Of a stretch of DNA of 64,000 nucleotides, positions 19,454-30,086 are shown piece after piece. The DNA is taken from assembly GCA_036170915.1 (NCBI GenBank), contig JAVHQC010000006.1, positions 192,001-256,000 on the forward strand, written 5' to 3'. The stretch's first letter is position 1, and the number at the start of each line of letters is the position of its first letter. A program made the position numbers and the translations under genes. The notes beneath the pieces were generated by a model. That model ran no database searches. It was not told the origin of the DNA and saw nothing but the letters and a program-made list of their open reading frames with translations. Source of the stretch: Cyanobacteria bacterium auto_48_18 (GTDB lineage: Bacteria; Cyanobacteriota; Vampirovibrionia; Obscuribacterales; Obscuribacteraceae).

Positions 19454-19512
19454 ATGCTAGGATAAGCGGCTGCCTGCCACGTGGCGGCTGCCACGCATGC
19501 TAAGAGGGGTCA

Positions 19513-19902
19513 ATGTTGTCTACTGAATCTAGAGAAAAAGAGCGGCGCGATCCCGCTATTCGGGTAGTGCTTCAACCGAAAGACACCAACAAAGCCGGCA
19601 CCATCTTTGGCGGCATTATTCTTAGCTATATCGACTTAGCTGGGGCGGTTGAAGTAGGTAAGACTACTCAACAGCGAATCGTCACTGCCGGAATTAAGGA
19701 AGTAGAATTTAAAGCTCCGGTACTGGTAGGTGAAGTGGTGAGCTTCTACACTAAGACCCTGCGAGTTGGACGTACCTCAGTCACCGTTTCAGTAGAGGTA
19801 GAATCTACTCGAGGTCATGAATTTGTGCGAGTGACCTCAGCTGAGCTGACCTTTGTTTGCCTTGATCAAGATGGCAAACCCACTCCTGTAGTACAAAGCT
19901 AG
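19513..19902 (+). CDS. Acyl-CoA thioesterase (YciA-like hotdog fold)
   Basis: PKDTNKAGTIFGGIILSYIDLAG, VGRTSVTV, TFVCLD. Confidence 0.9.
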   Translation: MLSTESREKERRDPAIRVVLQPKDTNKAGTIFGGIILSYIDLAGAVEVGKTTQQRIVTAGIKEVEFKAPVLVGEVVSFYTKTLRVGRTSVTVSVEVESTRGHEFVRVTSAELTFVCLDQDGKPTPVVQS

Positions 19903-19915
19903 TAGTGGAGCGCGT

Positions 19916-20509
19916 ATGACAACTCTCGATCCGGTTTTCGAAAAGCCCAGCGTAGAAAAGCTTCGCCTGTACTTGGGCACTGGGGCCGGTAAGACTACTG
20001 CCACTTTTGGTCTTGCCTTGCGCGCGCTGAGCAAGGGTATGAATGTGACGCTGGTTTTCTTCGATAAGCTGGAAGAAAACTCTTCTGAAGGCCGCGGCCT
20101 GCGCATTTTAGCTGATACCAGGGCCGAAGGTTTCGGCCGATTAACCATGAATTATACGGGCGTCAATCGCCTGGGCACCGGGCCGAAGGGCAGCTTCCGA
20201 CTCTATAGTTCTCCCAATGGCATTCTGCCGGAAGATAAAGAGGCCGCTTTGCAGGGCCTGCATTTTCTTGCTGATGGACTTAAGCGCGGAGATGACCTGG
20301 TGATTGGCGACGAGCTATTAGACGTAGCGCGAGTCGGTCTGGTGGAATGGGATGACGTGAAGCGTCAACTAGATCACAGACAGGACCCTTCGGTATTGGT
20401 TTTAACCGGTCGTCGCGCACCAGATTGGTTAATGGAACAGGCCAGCACCATATCTGCCACCACTCAGTTGAAGCATCACGGTCGTGCCATAGAAGGCATC
20501 GACTGTTAG
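19916..20509 (+). CDS. Cob(I)alamin adenosyltransferase, CobA/BtuR/CobO family (divergent)
   Basis: YLGTGAGKTTATFGLALRA P-loop, LVIGDEL, LVLTGRRAP, C-terminal GID. Confidence 0.75.
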   Translation: MTTLDPVFEKPSVEKLRLYLGTGAGKTTATFGLALRALSKGMNVTLVFFDKLEENSSEGRGLRILADTRAEGFGRLTMNYTGVNRLGTGPKGSFRLYSSPNGILPEDKEAALQGLHFLADGLKRGDDLVIGDELLDVARVGLVEWDDVKRQLDHRQDPSVLVLTGRRAPDWLMEQASTISATTQLKHHGRAIEGIDC

Positions 20510-20540
20510 TCAAGACTTAAAGAAGACTCGCAAGCTAAGA

Positions 20541-21935
20541 CTAGGGCTTTTTGAATGTGCCGCCGGTTGGTGAAGCTTGAGCCGTGTGGTTTGAAGTTTT
20601 GCTGATTTCTTGTTTCATCACTTCAATGGCTTTATTCAACTGGATATCTTTACCATCAGACGCACCACGTTTGAAGTTGGCTAGTGTGGGATCAATCCAC
20701 CATGGACCTTTCAAATCTTTAATATCGTCTTCTTTGAGCTCAACTTTGAAGTCTGGCACGATGCCTGTTTTGTGAATATCAGTGTCATTTGGAGTGAGAT
20801 ATTTAGCAATGGTGACATTGATACCGGAGCCGTCTTCAAGGCGGTTAATGGCCTGCACCAGACCTTTACCAAATGATTTTTCACCTACCAGTTTTGCTCT
20901 GCCGTTATCTCGCAGGGCACCACTGAGAATTTCACTGGCTGAAGCAGACCCGCCATTAATGAGCACTACCAGTGGTTGCGTATTGATTGGCACGCCAGCG
21001 GAAACTTGCGATTGTTTATAACCTTCAGCATCAATGGTGCTTACGATCACACCTTTTTCAAGGAACATGTTGGCAATTTGCACAGCATTGGAAAGCAATC
21101 CGCCAGGATTGGAGCGCAGATCGAGAATTACACCATCGGCCTTTGACACTGTATTTAGTGCTTTGACCATTTCTTTGTCGGCTTTATTAGAAATAAAGCT
21201 CTCAAGGCGTATATAACCGATATTGCCTGGGAGTATTTCAGCAGTACCAACAGCTTTAATTGGAATTTCAGCTCTTTGCAGATTGACTTTTTTGCGCTCG
21301 GCTTTGCGCATGAAAGTGATTGAAACTTTGGTATCAATTGGTCCGCGAATTTGTTTGACCACAACATCAAGCGACTGACCCTTGACCGGCTTGTTGTCGA
21401 CTTCGATGATTTCATCGCCGGATAGCATGCCGGCATTGTAGGCAGGAGTGCCTTCAATTGGCGCAATGACTACGACTTTGTGCTCTTTGTTCATTCCCAG
21501 TTGCATGCCCACGCCAAATAAGTGGGCTTCAATCTGATCTTTCTCGTCAGCGAAAGCTTCACGGTCTAAAAATCTTGTGTAAGGATCGCCTAAGCTGGCC
21601 AACATTGTCTCTACAGCTTTGTGCGATTCGTCACTGGTTTTGAGCTTACCGTCATAGTGGTGCTCCCAACGGTTCCAGTTCTGGCCAGAAAATTTCTGGT
21701 CATAATATTGTTCTTTAATCATCTTCCACGAGCGGTGATAAAGGTCCTGAGGACTGATTTGATTTTTCACCGTCTGAGCAATGAAAGCATGAGGCGCCTC
21801 AGAGGCACCATCAGCAATCAGTGTTTTCGAGATTGCGTCACCTTTACCATTAGCGAAAAGCCAGCTCTGTAAACCAAAGAAAGCCAGGCAGAATGCGAGC
21901 GGTATGCCAACTCGAGCGACTACTTTCCTATCCAA
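20541..21935 (-). CDS. ctpA: Carboxyl-terminal processing protease (S41A, PDZ domain)
   Basis: LGDPYTRF, PDZ GVGMQL, IGYIRL, DLRSNPGG, SASASEI, GKGLVQ. Confidence 0.92.
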   Translation of the reverse strand: MDRKVVARVGIPLAFCLAFFGLQSWLFANGKGDAISKTLIADGASEAPHAFIAQTVKNQISPQDLYHRSWKMIKEQYYDQKFSGQNWNRWEHHYDGKLKTSDESHKAVETMLASLGDPYTRFLDREAFADEKDQIEAHLFGVGMQLGMNKEHKVVVIAPIEGTPAYNAGMLSGDEIIEVDNKPVKGQSLDVVVKQIRGPIDTKVSITFMRKAERKKVNLQRAEIPIKAVGTAEILPGNIGYIRLESFISNKADKEMVKALNTVSKADGVILDLRSNPGGLLSNAVQIANMFLEKGVIVSTIDAEGYKQSQVSAGVPINTQPLVVLINGGSASASEILSGALRDNGRAKLVGEKSFGKGLVQAINRLEDGSGINVTIAKYLTPNDTDIHKTGIVPDFKVELKEDDIKDLKGPWWIDPTLANFKRGASDGKDIQLNKAIEVMKQEISKTSNHTAQASPTGGTFKKP

Positions 21936-22258
21936 CTTTCTACCTCTACCTTCAAAAACCTTTGCTCTAACTCAAATCTTAGATCACTATGCCCTGGGCT
22001 CGCCCAGACTACGCTTACATGGTTGACCTTTTGTATTACTCTTAGTACTGACAAAATATGTTAGCGATTTATGAGCAGCCTTGCGAATTTTTAATTGTAG
22101 CCCCTCTTTCGGCCTGCCGTCGATAAAAAGCATGCATATGCAGGCGATTTTTTGGTAATTGCCGCAAGTTAATTATTTTAGGTTTCAAGTATCTTGGCAT
22201 TTACCCTATCATTAGGCGCGTGGGACAGCATTGTTATTTAATTGGAGGCGGCTTCTGA

Positions 22259-23362
22259 ATGTCGGCCAATAAGGGAACCAAAGGCGCAACACTGGAGAAA
22301 GACCTATCACCTTCGGTTTCGCTGGAAGCACGTCCCAGTCAATTCGACGGTGGAGACCAGTCTGCTCCAGCTCGTCAGTCTATAACCGCCAGGCTCAATG
22401 CCATTAAGATTTCTCCTGCTGTCAAGTTGCGGGCTAAAATCGGCATTTCTGTGGTGCTGTTTGCCAGCTTATTCTTATTCGGCAAGGTCGATTTATCGAA
22501 GTCTGTTGATGTGGCTCTGAAAGCCAACCCCTGGTACCTTCTGGTTGCCGTAGCACTTTTCCTCGGTTCTACCTTTCTTAACGCGCACCGCTGGAAACTA
22601 TTAGCCAGTGCTGTCGGTCTGCATCAACCTTTGCTGAAAATGGTGCAGTTCTGTTTTGTCGGCATTTTCTTCAATTTATTCCTGCCATCCACTGTTGGTG
22701 GCGATTTCAGCCGCTGTTATTACCTTTCTAAAGGCACCGGAAAATATTCTCACGCTTTCTACTCAGTGCTGGCGGACCGCACAGTGGGTATAGCAGTGCT
22801 TTTCCTTTTCGCCTCGGTGGGCATTCTATGCGGCCCTGGCGGCGACGGTTTGCCTCTGCAACTGAAATTGCCGATTTTGCTCGGTACTGTGGGGCTGTTT
22901 TCTGTTTTGCCATTCCTTCCCACTCTGGCTTTGCGCATTCTAGGGCCGGATAACTGGATATCGAAACAGTTAAACAATTCGCCGGCGGCAGTCTACTGGC
23001 ACAACAAAAAGCTTATGGCCATCACTATTGGCTTGTCTGTGGTGATGCAAATAGTCATTGTCATGTGTCACGTGGCCATTGGCCTGGCGCTTGGCTTGAC
23101 CAACATTCCTCTCTGGTATTACTTTGTCTTTTATCCATCAGTAGCCGTTCTTGGTTTCATTACACCAAGCTTTAACGGTATCGGTATTCGCGAGTGGGCC
23201 TACACTTACTTTCTCACTCTGGCTGGCGTTGATCGGGCCCCTGCGCTTACCTACGCCATTATCTGGCTCAGTCTCACCACCCTAGCCAGTCTGGTGGGTG
23301 GTCTGGTTTATTTGCTCGGCCATTTCAAGATGCCGAAAGCAGATAAAGACCCTCAGGACTAA
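22259..23362 (+). CDS. Lysylphosphatidylglycerol-synthase TM domain / UPF0104 flippase-like protein
   Basis: RWKLL, FNLFLPSTVGGD, SVLADR, PSFNGIGIRE; multiple TM helices. Confidence 0.85.
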   Translation: MSANKGTKGATLEKDLSPSVSLEARPSQFDGGDQSAPARQSITARLNAIKISPAVKLRAKIGISVVLFASLFLFGKVDLSKSVDVALKANPWYLLVAVALFLGSTFLNAHRWKLLASAVGLHQPLLKMVQFCFVGIFFNLFLPSTVGGDFSRCYYLSKGTGKYSHAFYSVLADRTVGIAVLFLFASVGILCGPGGDGLPLQLKLPILLGTVGLFSVLPFLPTLALRILGPDNWISKQLNNSPAAVYWHNKKLMAITIGLSVVMQIVIVMCHVAIGLALGLTNIPLWYYFVFYPSVAVLGFITPSFNGIGIREWAYTYFLTLAGVDRAPALTYAIIWLSLTTLASLVGGLVYLLGHFKMPKADKDPQD

Positions 23363-23398
23363 CACGAATAAGTACTTGTTGAGGCGGTTAACTTAATC

Positions 23399-24886
23399 AT
23401 GGGCGTAAAAGTCAGCTTTCTGCCCGGCTGCAATCCGCTTGAGAACCAAACGATTTTAGATGCTTTTGCCGTGGCCCGTGAAGCCGGTTGTAAAGCATAT
23501 TTGGTTGGTGGTTGTGTTCGCGATTCAATTGACGTAAATGATGGTCACTCTGTGACCAAATTTTCGACCCGAAATTTGCTCGATTTTGATTTTGCGGTTG
23601 TTGATCTGAGTGGCTGTCAGGCAAGCCCAGCAATTGCTTTGGCTGAAATGGCAGCGGAAAAACTGGGTGGGCATTTTGTTCTTTTAGATAGTTTGAACGA
23701 TATCGCCAGAGTTGTTTTGGACGAATCAGTTCTAACCTACCTTGATTTTGCCGGAGTGACCGGAAGCATAGACTCTGACATCATTCGCCGTGATTTCACC
23801 GTCAACGCAATGGTTTTTGACCAGGACCATCCCGGTGAAATTCTTGACCCCACTGGCGGACTGGCCGATCTGAAAAATAAGGTTATTCGGGCAGTCAGCG
23901 AACAAGTGCTTAAAGAAGACCCCTTGCGCATCCTTCGCGCTTATCGCTTTGCCGCCAGCCTCGGCGCACAAATTGAGCCGCAAACAAAAGAGTTTTTGAG
24001 AAAGCATGTGCACCTTCTCGGCCAAGTGGCAAGAGAGCGCATCAGCTATGAGTTTTTCACCTTAATGGAGTGCCCCAGAGTGGCATCCCTGGTGGTTGAA
24101 ATGGGTGAAATTGGCCTTCTGGAAGAGATCTATCCAGAGCTGAAAGATTGTCGTAAAGTCACCGCTAACAGCTTTCATCATCTCGCCTTATTTGACCACT
24201 GTGTGGAGACTATTCCCCAGTTAGAAGAGCGCTGGATGAACTTGCCGCCCTGGGTGCGTCAATCGGCGGATCAGGAACTTGCAGGGGGCATCAGTCGGCG
24301 CGCTGCTACTAAAGTTGCCGCACTATTGCACGACATCGGTAAGCCAGGCACCTGGGAGGTCACTCCTGAAGGACGGCATACTTTTATAGGCCATGACAAA
24401 CTTGGTGCCGAAATGGTGCGGCCCTTAGCTGAACGAGAGAAGTGGTCCAAAACACTCACTCGTTTCGTTGAGCGATTGGTGCTCTGGCATCTGCGCCCTG
24501 GACACCTTTTTCACACGGGCACGCCAACTGCCAAAGCTCTTAATAGGTTCTATCGCACCGTGGGCGAAGAAGTACCCGAGCTGATGATGCTTGCCTTCGC
24601 CGATTTTGGTGCTACCTGTGGGCCAGGCTTAGCTGGTGAAGACAGAGAGCGACTGGAGAAATGCCTGGTTGAGTTAATGGATGGATATCCTGCTTATATA
24701 GAAGCGTCGAAACGTTTGCCCAAATTGTTGTCTGGTCAGGATGTAATGAGGATTCTAGAGATAAAACCGGGTCCAATAATCGGTGAAATTCTCAATGCCT
24801 TGACTGAAGCGCAGGAAATTAACGAAGTGCTGGATCTGGCTCAGGCAGAAGCTTTCGTGCGAAATTACCAACCTGTTGAAAACTAG
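23399..24886 (+). CDS. Class II tRNA nucleotidyltransferase with HD domain (probably CC-adding type)
   Basis: YLVGGCVRD...DFD, RRDFTVNAM, EDPLR, ERISYE, LLHDIGKP. Confidence 0.85.
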   Translation: MGVKVSFLPGCNPLENQTILDAFAVAREAGCKAYLVGGCVRDSIDVNDGHSVTKFSTRNLLDFDFAVVDLSGCQASPAIALAEMAAEKLGGHFVLLDSLNDIARVVLDESVLTYLDFAGVTGSIDSDIIRRDFTVNAMVFDQDHPGEILDPTGGLADLKNKVIRAVSEQVLKEDPLRILRAYRFAASLGAQIEPQTKEFLRKHVHLLGQVARERISYEFFTLMECPRVASLVVEMGEIGLLEEIYPELKDCRKVTANSFHHLALFDHCVETIPQLEERWMNLPPWVRQSADQELAGGISRRAATKVAALLHDIGKPGTWEVTPEGRHTFIGHDKLGAEMVRPLAEREKWSKTLTRFVERLVLWHLRPGHLFHTGTPTAKALNRFYRTVGEEVPELMMLAFADFGATCGPGLAGEDRERLEKCLVELMDGYPAYIEASKRLPKLLSGQDVMRILEIKPGPIIGEILNALTEAQEINEVLDLAQAEAFVRNYQPVEN

Positions 24887-25124
24887 CAAAAAAGAAAGTT
24901 CCCGCTTGATAACTAAATTTCAGGGTTAATTGGAAGTTTAGCGGGCATAAGAAATGCAGAGAAACTAATGCCGTTCCAAGCGAACGCAGCAAAAGGATTC
25001 TTAGAACAGCAGACAAAGCAACGGCCCCAGCCGAGGGTCTTGTTTCCAACTGCCCCTATTTTAAAAGTACTTTTTCCAATCTATATCTTCCTGGCTTACA
25101 AAATCTGGTTATAAGGTGAACAGA

Positions 25125-25382
25125 ATGAACGCTAAAGTGGACAAACTTCAGAACTACACAGTAATTGCTCGTCTCGATGATGCTATTCCTCTAAATACTG
25201 AAGAGTGGCTCGCCACCGAACGCTTGCTCAACCAAGTAAGTGAGTTCGTGCCCATGTCGATGCTCAATGCTTTGACTGAATCAATCATCAATTATGCTGA
25301 TGATCAGGCTCGTCGAGGCTACATACTGGGTCAAGAAGATCTGGTCAATGAGTTGAAGAAAAAAGCTTCCAAAATCGCCTGA
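25125..25382 (+). CDS. Small hypothetical protein, paralog of 46215-46502
   Basis: AAGGTG RBS; shares RLDDAIPLNT and YADDQARRGYILG with the second copy. Confidence 0.8.
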   Translation: MNAKVDKLQNYTVIARLDDAIPLNTEEWLATERLLNQVSEFVPMSMLNALTESIINYADDQARRGYILGQEDLVNELKKKASKIA

Positions 25383-25406
25383 ACACTTAGTCTGAAGATA
25401 TAGATG

Positions 25407-25449
25407 TTGCCCGCCACTTTCATTACGAAAGGGGTGGGCAATTGATTTT
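25407..25449 (+). terminator. Putative intrinsic terminator
   Basis: TTGCCCGCCACTTTC / GAAAGGGGTGGGCAA stem followed by TTGATTTT. Confidence 0.6.
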
Positions 25450-26205
25450 ATGTTCTATAATCAAGTGGTGAAAATTAAAAAGCATAAGCGCTCATTTGAG
25501 GGCCACGGAGAACATTTGCAGAGTACACAAAGTACACAGACTACAAAGATTACGCAGAGTACCCAGATTACACAGGCTACGCAGAGTACTCAGAGCCAGC
25601 AAAGTTTTCGCGTACGCAGCTGGACAACCATTGGTCGAGAAAAAATCGCCGACTGCAGAGTGTTTTCCGTACATAAACAAGTTTCTATTCGCACCACTGG
25701 TGATAGCAGCGAAACTCACGACTTTTTCGTTTTTAGACCTAACGACTGGGTCAATGTCATTCCAGTAACCAGCGATTATCAAGTCGTTATGATTGAACAA
25801 TTTCGTCATGGCATTGAGCAGATTACTCTCGAGATACCAGGTGGCATGATTGATTTAGAAGAGACGTCAGCCATTGCCGGGCGACGCGAGCTTCTCGAAG
25901 AAACCGGTTACTGTGGCAACGATTTGATCTTCTTGGGCCGCAACCATCCTAATCCGGCAATTCAAAGCAATATTTGCGATACTTTTTTATCGCTCAATGT
26001 TGAGCAGATTCAAGTGCCGATTTTCACTAGCACTGAAGAAGTGGCCATCAGGCTGATTCCAATCAAGAATATCCCGGCCTTGATCAAATCAGGTTTGATC
26101 ACCCATGCCCTGGTGATTGTTGCTTTCCATTATTTGCAACAATTTTGCCTGGAAAATAGCTCTGTGGAAGGTCTAGATGTAGACAGGCTCAATCCGTTTT
26201 CTTAA
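25450..26205 (+). CDS. NUDIX hydrolase (ADP-ribose pyrophosphatase-like)
   Basis: Nudix box LEIPGGMIDLEETSAIAGRRELLEETG; QFRHG upstream. True start uncertain. Confidence 0.88.
   Translation: MFYNQVVKIKKHKRSFEGHGEHLQSTQSTQTTKITQSTQITQATQSTQSQQSFRVRSWTTIGREKIADCRVFSVHKQVSIRTTGDSSETHDFFVFRPNDWVNVIPVTSDYQVVMIEQFRHGIEQITLEIPGGMIDLEETSAIAGRRELLEETGYCGNDLIFLGRNHPNPAIQSNICDTFLSLNVEQIQVPIFTSTEEVAIRLIPIKNIPALIKSGLITHALVIVAFHYLQQFCLENSSVEGLDVDRLNPFS
25519..25599 (+). repeat. Nine degenerate 9-nt tandem repeats (CAGAGTACN consensus) encoding Q-x-T triplets
   Basis: QST QST QTT KIT QST QIT QAT QST QSQ read directly. Confidence 0.85.
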
Positions 26206-26222
26206 ATTTGGTTGGCACTAAT

Positions 26223-27503
26223 TTAGCGCACGTAAGCCATGGGATTGTTTGGTTTGCCGTTAACTCGCACTTCAAAGTGTAAGTGTGGTCCGGTAGAAAA
26301 TCCGGTGGTGCCTTCGTAAGCGATGACGTCACCTTTGCTGACATTGTCACCGGCACTGACGGCGGCGCGCGATAAGTGAGCGTAAAGTGTAGCCATGCTG
26401 TTGCCGTGGCTGATGATTACTACTTTTCCGTAGCCGCCATACCAGCCTGTATAAAGCACGTTGCCACCATCTGCGGCGTGAATAGCAGAGCGGTTCGGGC
26501 CAGCCAGGTCAACTCCTGAGTGGAATTTGCGCACACCGAAAATGGGGTGTTTGCGCCAGCCGAAAGGTGAAGTAACAGGTGCTCTCAACGGCATGCACAT
26601 GCTGCCGGAGCCTACCGTAATAGGTCCACCTTTTTTGCGATTGGAGCTCTCCATGACAAAAATTTGCTTTTCCAGGCGGGCTGATTCGTTTGCCAGCTCG
26701 CGCTCAGCCTGCTCGTAGAAGGCGCGTTGACTGCGCAAACGCTCGGCTGTCTGTTGCTGGGTTAGTTTTTCTTTGGCGATGGCCATGGCTCTTTCTGCTA
26801 TCTGTGAAACCATCTCAGAGAGCATATTTTTTTGAGCGCCGAGCTGCTGCTTATTGGCTGACAATACAGATTCGCGCAATCGCAACTCGTCTATCAATTT
26901 TTTGTCTTGTTCGGCAACTCGTTCTTGATAGTACATACGATCCAAAAGCGATTGCAGATTATCGACCTGGAAAAGCATCTCGACAAAGCTCAGTCTGTTG
27001 CCTTCATAAATTTCACGTAGACGCGAAGCGGCTGAGTCTTTCAGACCTTCTTCTTTTGTCTTGACCGTGGTCAATTTGGCTTGAGTTTCAACAAGCTTAC
27101 TTTCGGTGTGGCTGACTTGATTTTTTGTGTTAGTGAGCTTGCCGGTGGTGGCAGTTAGTTCTCGTTGAATAACGCCTAACTTCTCATAGGCTTTCTTTTC
27201 ATTCTTGCGGATGGCTTGAGCTTTGTTGTGATACTCGCGCTTCTCTTTCTCGAGCTTGTTCTTCTCTTGCTGCAAAAGACGCCTTTTGGCGTCTGAAGAA
27301 TTGCTGCTCTCGTAAGCGACAACAGTGCTGGCAGAGTGATTTAAGTTTGTACGTACGTCTGCGGCAACCGCGGCTGACATAATAAAGGATAGCGATACTG
27401 CCAGTAGTGCAGCATTTTTACAGAGTTTTTGATTTCCGCCGGGCTGGGCCGGTGCACTGTTCGCCGCTATCGGGAGGCTCTGATATTGGACTTTGTTAGA
27501 CAT
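26223..27503 (-). CDS. M23 peptidase / murein hydrolase activator (EnvC/CwlO-like coiled coil plus M23)
   Basis: Signal-like hydrophobic segment, long coiled coil, HSGVD, YAHL, TGPHLHFEVR (zinc ligands intact). Start uncertain. Confidence 0.85.
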   Translation of the reverse strand: MSNKVQYQSLPIAANSAPAQPGGNQKLCKNAALLAVSLSFIMSAAVAADVRTNLNHSASTVVAYESSNSSDAKRRLLQQEKNKLEKEKREYHNKAQAIRKNEKKAYEKLGVIQRELTATTGKLTNTKNQVSHTESKLVETQAKLTTVKTKEEGLKDSAASRLREIYEGNRLSFVEMLFQVDNLQSLLDRMYYQERVAEQDKKLIDELRLRESVLSANKQQLGAQKNMLSEMVSQIAERAMAIAKEKLTQQQTAERLRSQRAFYEQAERELANESARLEKQIFVMESSNRKKGGPITVGSGSMCMPLRAPVTSPFGWRKHPIFGVRKFHSGVDLAGPNRSAIHAADGGNVLYTGWYGGYGKVVIISHGNSMATLYAHLSRAAVSAGDNVSKGDVIAYEGTTGFSTGPHLHFEVRVNGKPNNPMAYVR

Positions 27504-27848
27504 ATGCTTCCGTGGTTTAGGGAACGCTGTCGCTGAAGGCGCTGGCAATTATTTCAACCGACGTGCAGTCTACCATTGAAAACCTGACGAGGCAAAGCTC
27601 CCTCAATGTGGTTTTATTCGATACGCGCGAGATATGCCTCTAATTAGCTATAATTTGGGCAGTGCTGCTGCTTAAGGCAGGCACGCGGGCTGTCAAGGGT
27701 CCAGGTGCGCCTACACAGGGCGTTTACGAAAGCTTCAAACTTCGTTCTATTTCTAAACAAGTTGTCACATGTTGTCATATAGTTATCAATGTTGAATGCA
27801 ACGATTCTGGCACCATCTATAAATCCCCTCTAATGCTGAGCAAATAAA

Positions 27849-29297
27849 ATGTTGAAAGAGATTGTCAAATATCCGCTATCTATAAAAGGTTATGAGGGCG
27901 GTGAATTTTCAGAAGTGAAAAGCCCGTTTAGTGGGGAAGTGGTGGCAGTGGTCGGTCAGGCCGATGAAAAGGCTATAGACGCGGCCATCACCAGGGCTAA
28001 AGAAACTTTCGAAACTGTCATGAAAAAGATGCCTGCTTACACGCGCTCTGAAATATTGGCAAAAACATCTCAGCTTATTCTGGCCAATATTGAAGACATG
28101 GCCCAGACAATTGCTCTTGAAGGTGGCAAGCCAATTAAAGATGCAAGGGTCGAAGTCAGTCGGGCTGCTAATACTTTTGCCATTGCTAGCCGTGAAGCCT
28201 TGCGTTTAGATGGCGAGCAATTGCAGATGGACACCAATGTCGGCAACGAATCACGCATCGGTATGATTTTACGTGAGCCCATTGGTGTGGTGGCGGCGGT
28301 GACACCATTCAATTTCCCTCTCAATTTGGTGGCGCACAAGTTGGCACCAGCAATTGCTGCAGGCAACACTATTGTTTTGAAACCGTCATCGCAAACTCCA
28401 GTATCGAGCTTTAAGTTGGCTGAGCTTTTAAAACAGGCTGGGCTGCCTGATGGGGCCCTGATTGTCACTCCTTGTCGCGGCTCTAAAGGCAACGCTCTTG
28501 TGCGAGACAGTCGCATCGCTTTGCTGACTTTCACTGGTTCGCAAGAAGTGGGCTGGCGCTTGCGTGGTGAAGTGCACGCCGGTGTGCGAGTAATTCTCGA
28601 ATTGGGTGGCAATGCCGGTATTGTGGTGCACTCTGACGCCGATATTGAAGCGGCAGCCCGTGCGGCTTGTCGTGGTGGGTACGCACATGCCGGACAAATT
28701 TGTATCTCAGTTCAGCGCGTTTATGTGCAAAGCAGTGCATACGATAAATTCTTAGCCAAATTCAAAGAACTGACCGAAGCCTTAAAAGTTGGCGACCCCA
28801 TGGATGACGGTACAGACGTAGGACCATTGATAGATAGCGGGTCAGTCGATAAAACTATTGAATGGGTAGAAGAAGCGGTCAAGGCTGGTGCTAAGCTCGT
28901 TAGCGGCGGCAAGAAATGCGGCAACAATGTGGTTGAACCTGTAATTTTGACTGAAACCAAAAGGGGCATGTCAGTAATTTCAGAAGAAGTTTTCGGGCCC
29001 ATCGTCAGTGTGATGAAATATGACACTGTAGATGATGCTATCGCGGCCTGTAACGATGCCAGGTATGGTCTTCAGGCCGGCATCTTCACAGCCAATGTAG
29101 ATGTCGCCTTTAAACTTGCCCGCGGTATCGATGCCGGTGGCGTAATGGTCAACGATGCACCGACTTTCAGAGCAGATCATATGCCTTATGGTGGACGCAA
29201 AGAGTCAGGTTTAGGTTTAGAGGGAATTCGTTACGCCTTAACTGAAATGACCCAACCTAAGTTTATCTGTCTAAATCTCAATCCTAATGTTCAATAA
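27849..29297 (+). CDS. Aldehyde dehydrogenase family protein
   Basis: TPFNFP, FTGS, LELGGN, GQICIS (catalytic Cys), EEVFGP, PYGGRKESG. Confidence 0.93.
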   Translation: MLKEIVKYPLSIKGYEGGEFSEVKSPFSGEVVAVVGQADEKAIDAAITRAKETFETVMKKMPAYTRSEILAKTSQLILANIEDMAQTIALEGGKPIKDARVEVSRAANTFAIASREALRLDGEQLQMDTNVGNESRIGMILREPIGVVAAVTPFNFPLNLVAHKLAPAIAAGNTIVLKPSSQTPVSSFKLAELLKQAGLPDGALIVTPCRGSKGNALVRDSRIALLTFTGSQEVGWRLRGEVHAGVRVILELGGNAGIVVHSDADIEAAARAACRGGYAHAGQICISVQRVYVQSSAYDKFLAKFKELTEALKVGDPMDDGTDVGPLIDSGSVDKTIEWVEEAVKAGAKLVSGGKKCGNNVVEPVILTETKRGMSVISEEVFGPIVSVMKYDTVDDAIAACNDARYGLQAGIFTANVDVAFKLARGIDAGGVMVNDAPTFRADHMPYGGRKESGLGLEGIRYALTEMTQPKFICLNLNPNVQ

Positions 29298-29303
29298 GGG
29301 CAA

Positions 29304-30086
29304 ATGAAAATTCGGGAGTCCTTTCAAGAACGCATTCAGTCAATCGACGGCGCTCTTGTGGTGTCTTGTCAGGCCAGTAGCGGAGAGCCGCTCAATCGGC
29401 CTGAGCATATTTTGGCTATGTCTCTTTCTGCCATCAATGGTGGTGCCAGAGCACTGCGTTTGGAAGGTGTGGAAAATGTGCGTTATGTGCGAGCTGCCGC
29501 AAAGGAGCTATTCTCTGGGCACCTACCACTGGTTGGTTTAACAAAATCTGAAATTCCAGCCGCCGACAAATTGACCTCTGTATACATCACCGCTAGTTTT
29601 GATGAGGCCCGCGCCCTCGCTGATGCCGGCGCCGATTTTATCGCCCTTGATGCCACCGCTCGCAAGCGCGCTGACAACCAGACTTTGGCTGAAACTATTG
29701 CACGCATTCACACAGAGCTAAACCTCCCTGTATGGGCCGATTGCGCTACTTTTGGAGAGGGCATCGCCGCCGGTGAAGCCGGAGCCGATCTTATTTCAAC
29801 AACGCTTTTTGGTTACACTCAAGAAACCGAACTGCCGAAAGAACACGGTCCAGGAATGGACTTATTGAAAGAATTTGTAGACCATCTAAATGTGCCTGTG
29901 ATTCTTGAAGGACGAGTGTGGACCCCCGAAGAGTTGACCATCGCATTTGAAATTGGTGCCTACGCAGTGGTGGTGGGTTCGGCCATCACGAGACCACAGC
30001 TGATTACAGAGCGTTTTGTTAAAGCGATTCCATCAAGGCGCGCTAGAATGCCCGCTTTCAAGGCTATTGCCGCGTCGGTCCAATGA
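29304..30086 (+). CDS. nanE: N-acetylmannosamine-6-phosphate 2-epimerase
   Basis: LVVSCQA, VYIT, IALDAT.R, TTLFGYT, EGRV, VVGSAITRP. Confidence 0.88.
   Translation: MKIRESFQERIQSIDGALVVSCQASSGEPLNRPEHILAMSLSAINGGARALRLEGVENVRYVRAAAKELFSGHLPLVGLTKSEIPAADKLTSVYITASFDEARALADAGADFIALDATARKRADNQTLAETIARIHTELNLPVWADCATFGEGIAAGEAGADLISTTLFGYTQETELPKEHGPGMDLLKEFVDHLNVPVILEGRVWTPEELTIAFEIGAYAVVVGSAITRPQLITERFVKAIPSRRARMPAFKAIAASVQ

Noticed and set aside
24887..25124. Shared RNA motif between the leaders of the two small paralogs
   Set aside because: Short stems exist (CCCGCT/AGCGGG, GCCGTT/AACGGC), but I could not align their sequence or structure to the 45961-46129 element by eye.
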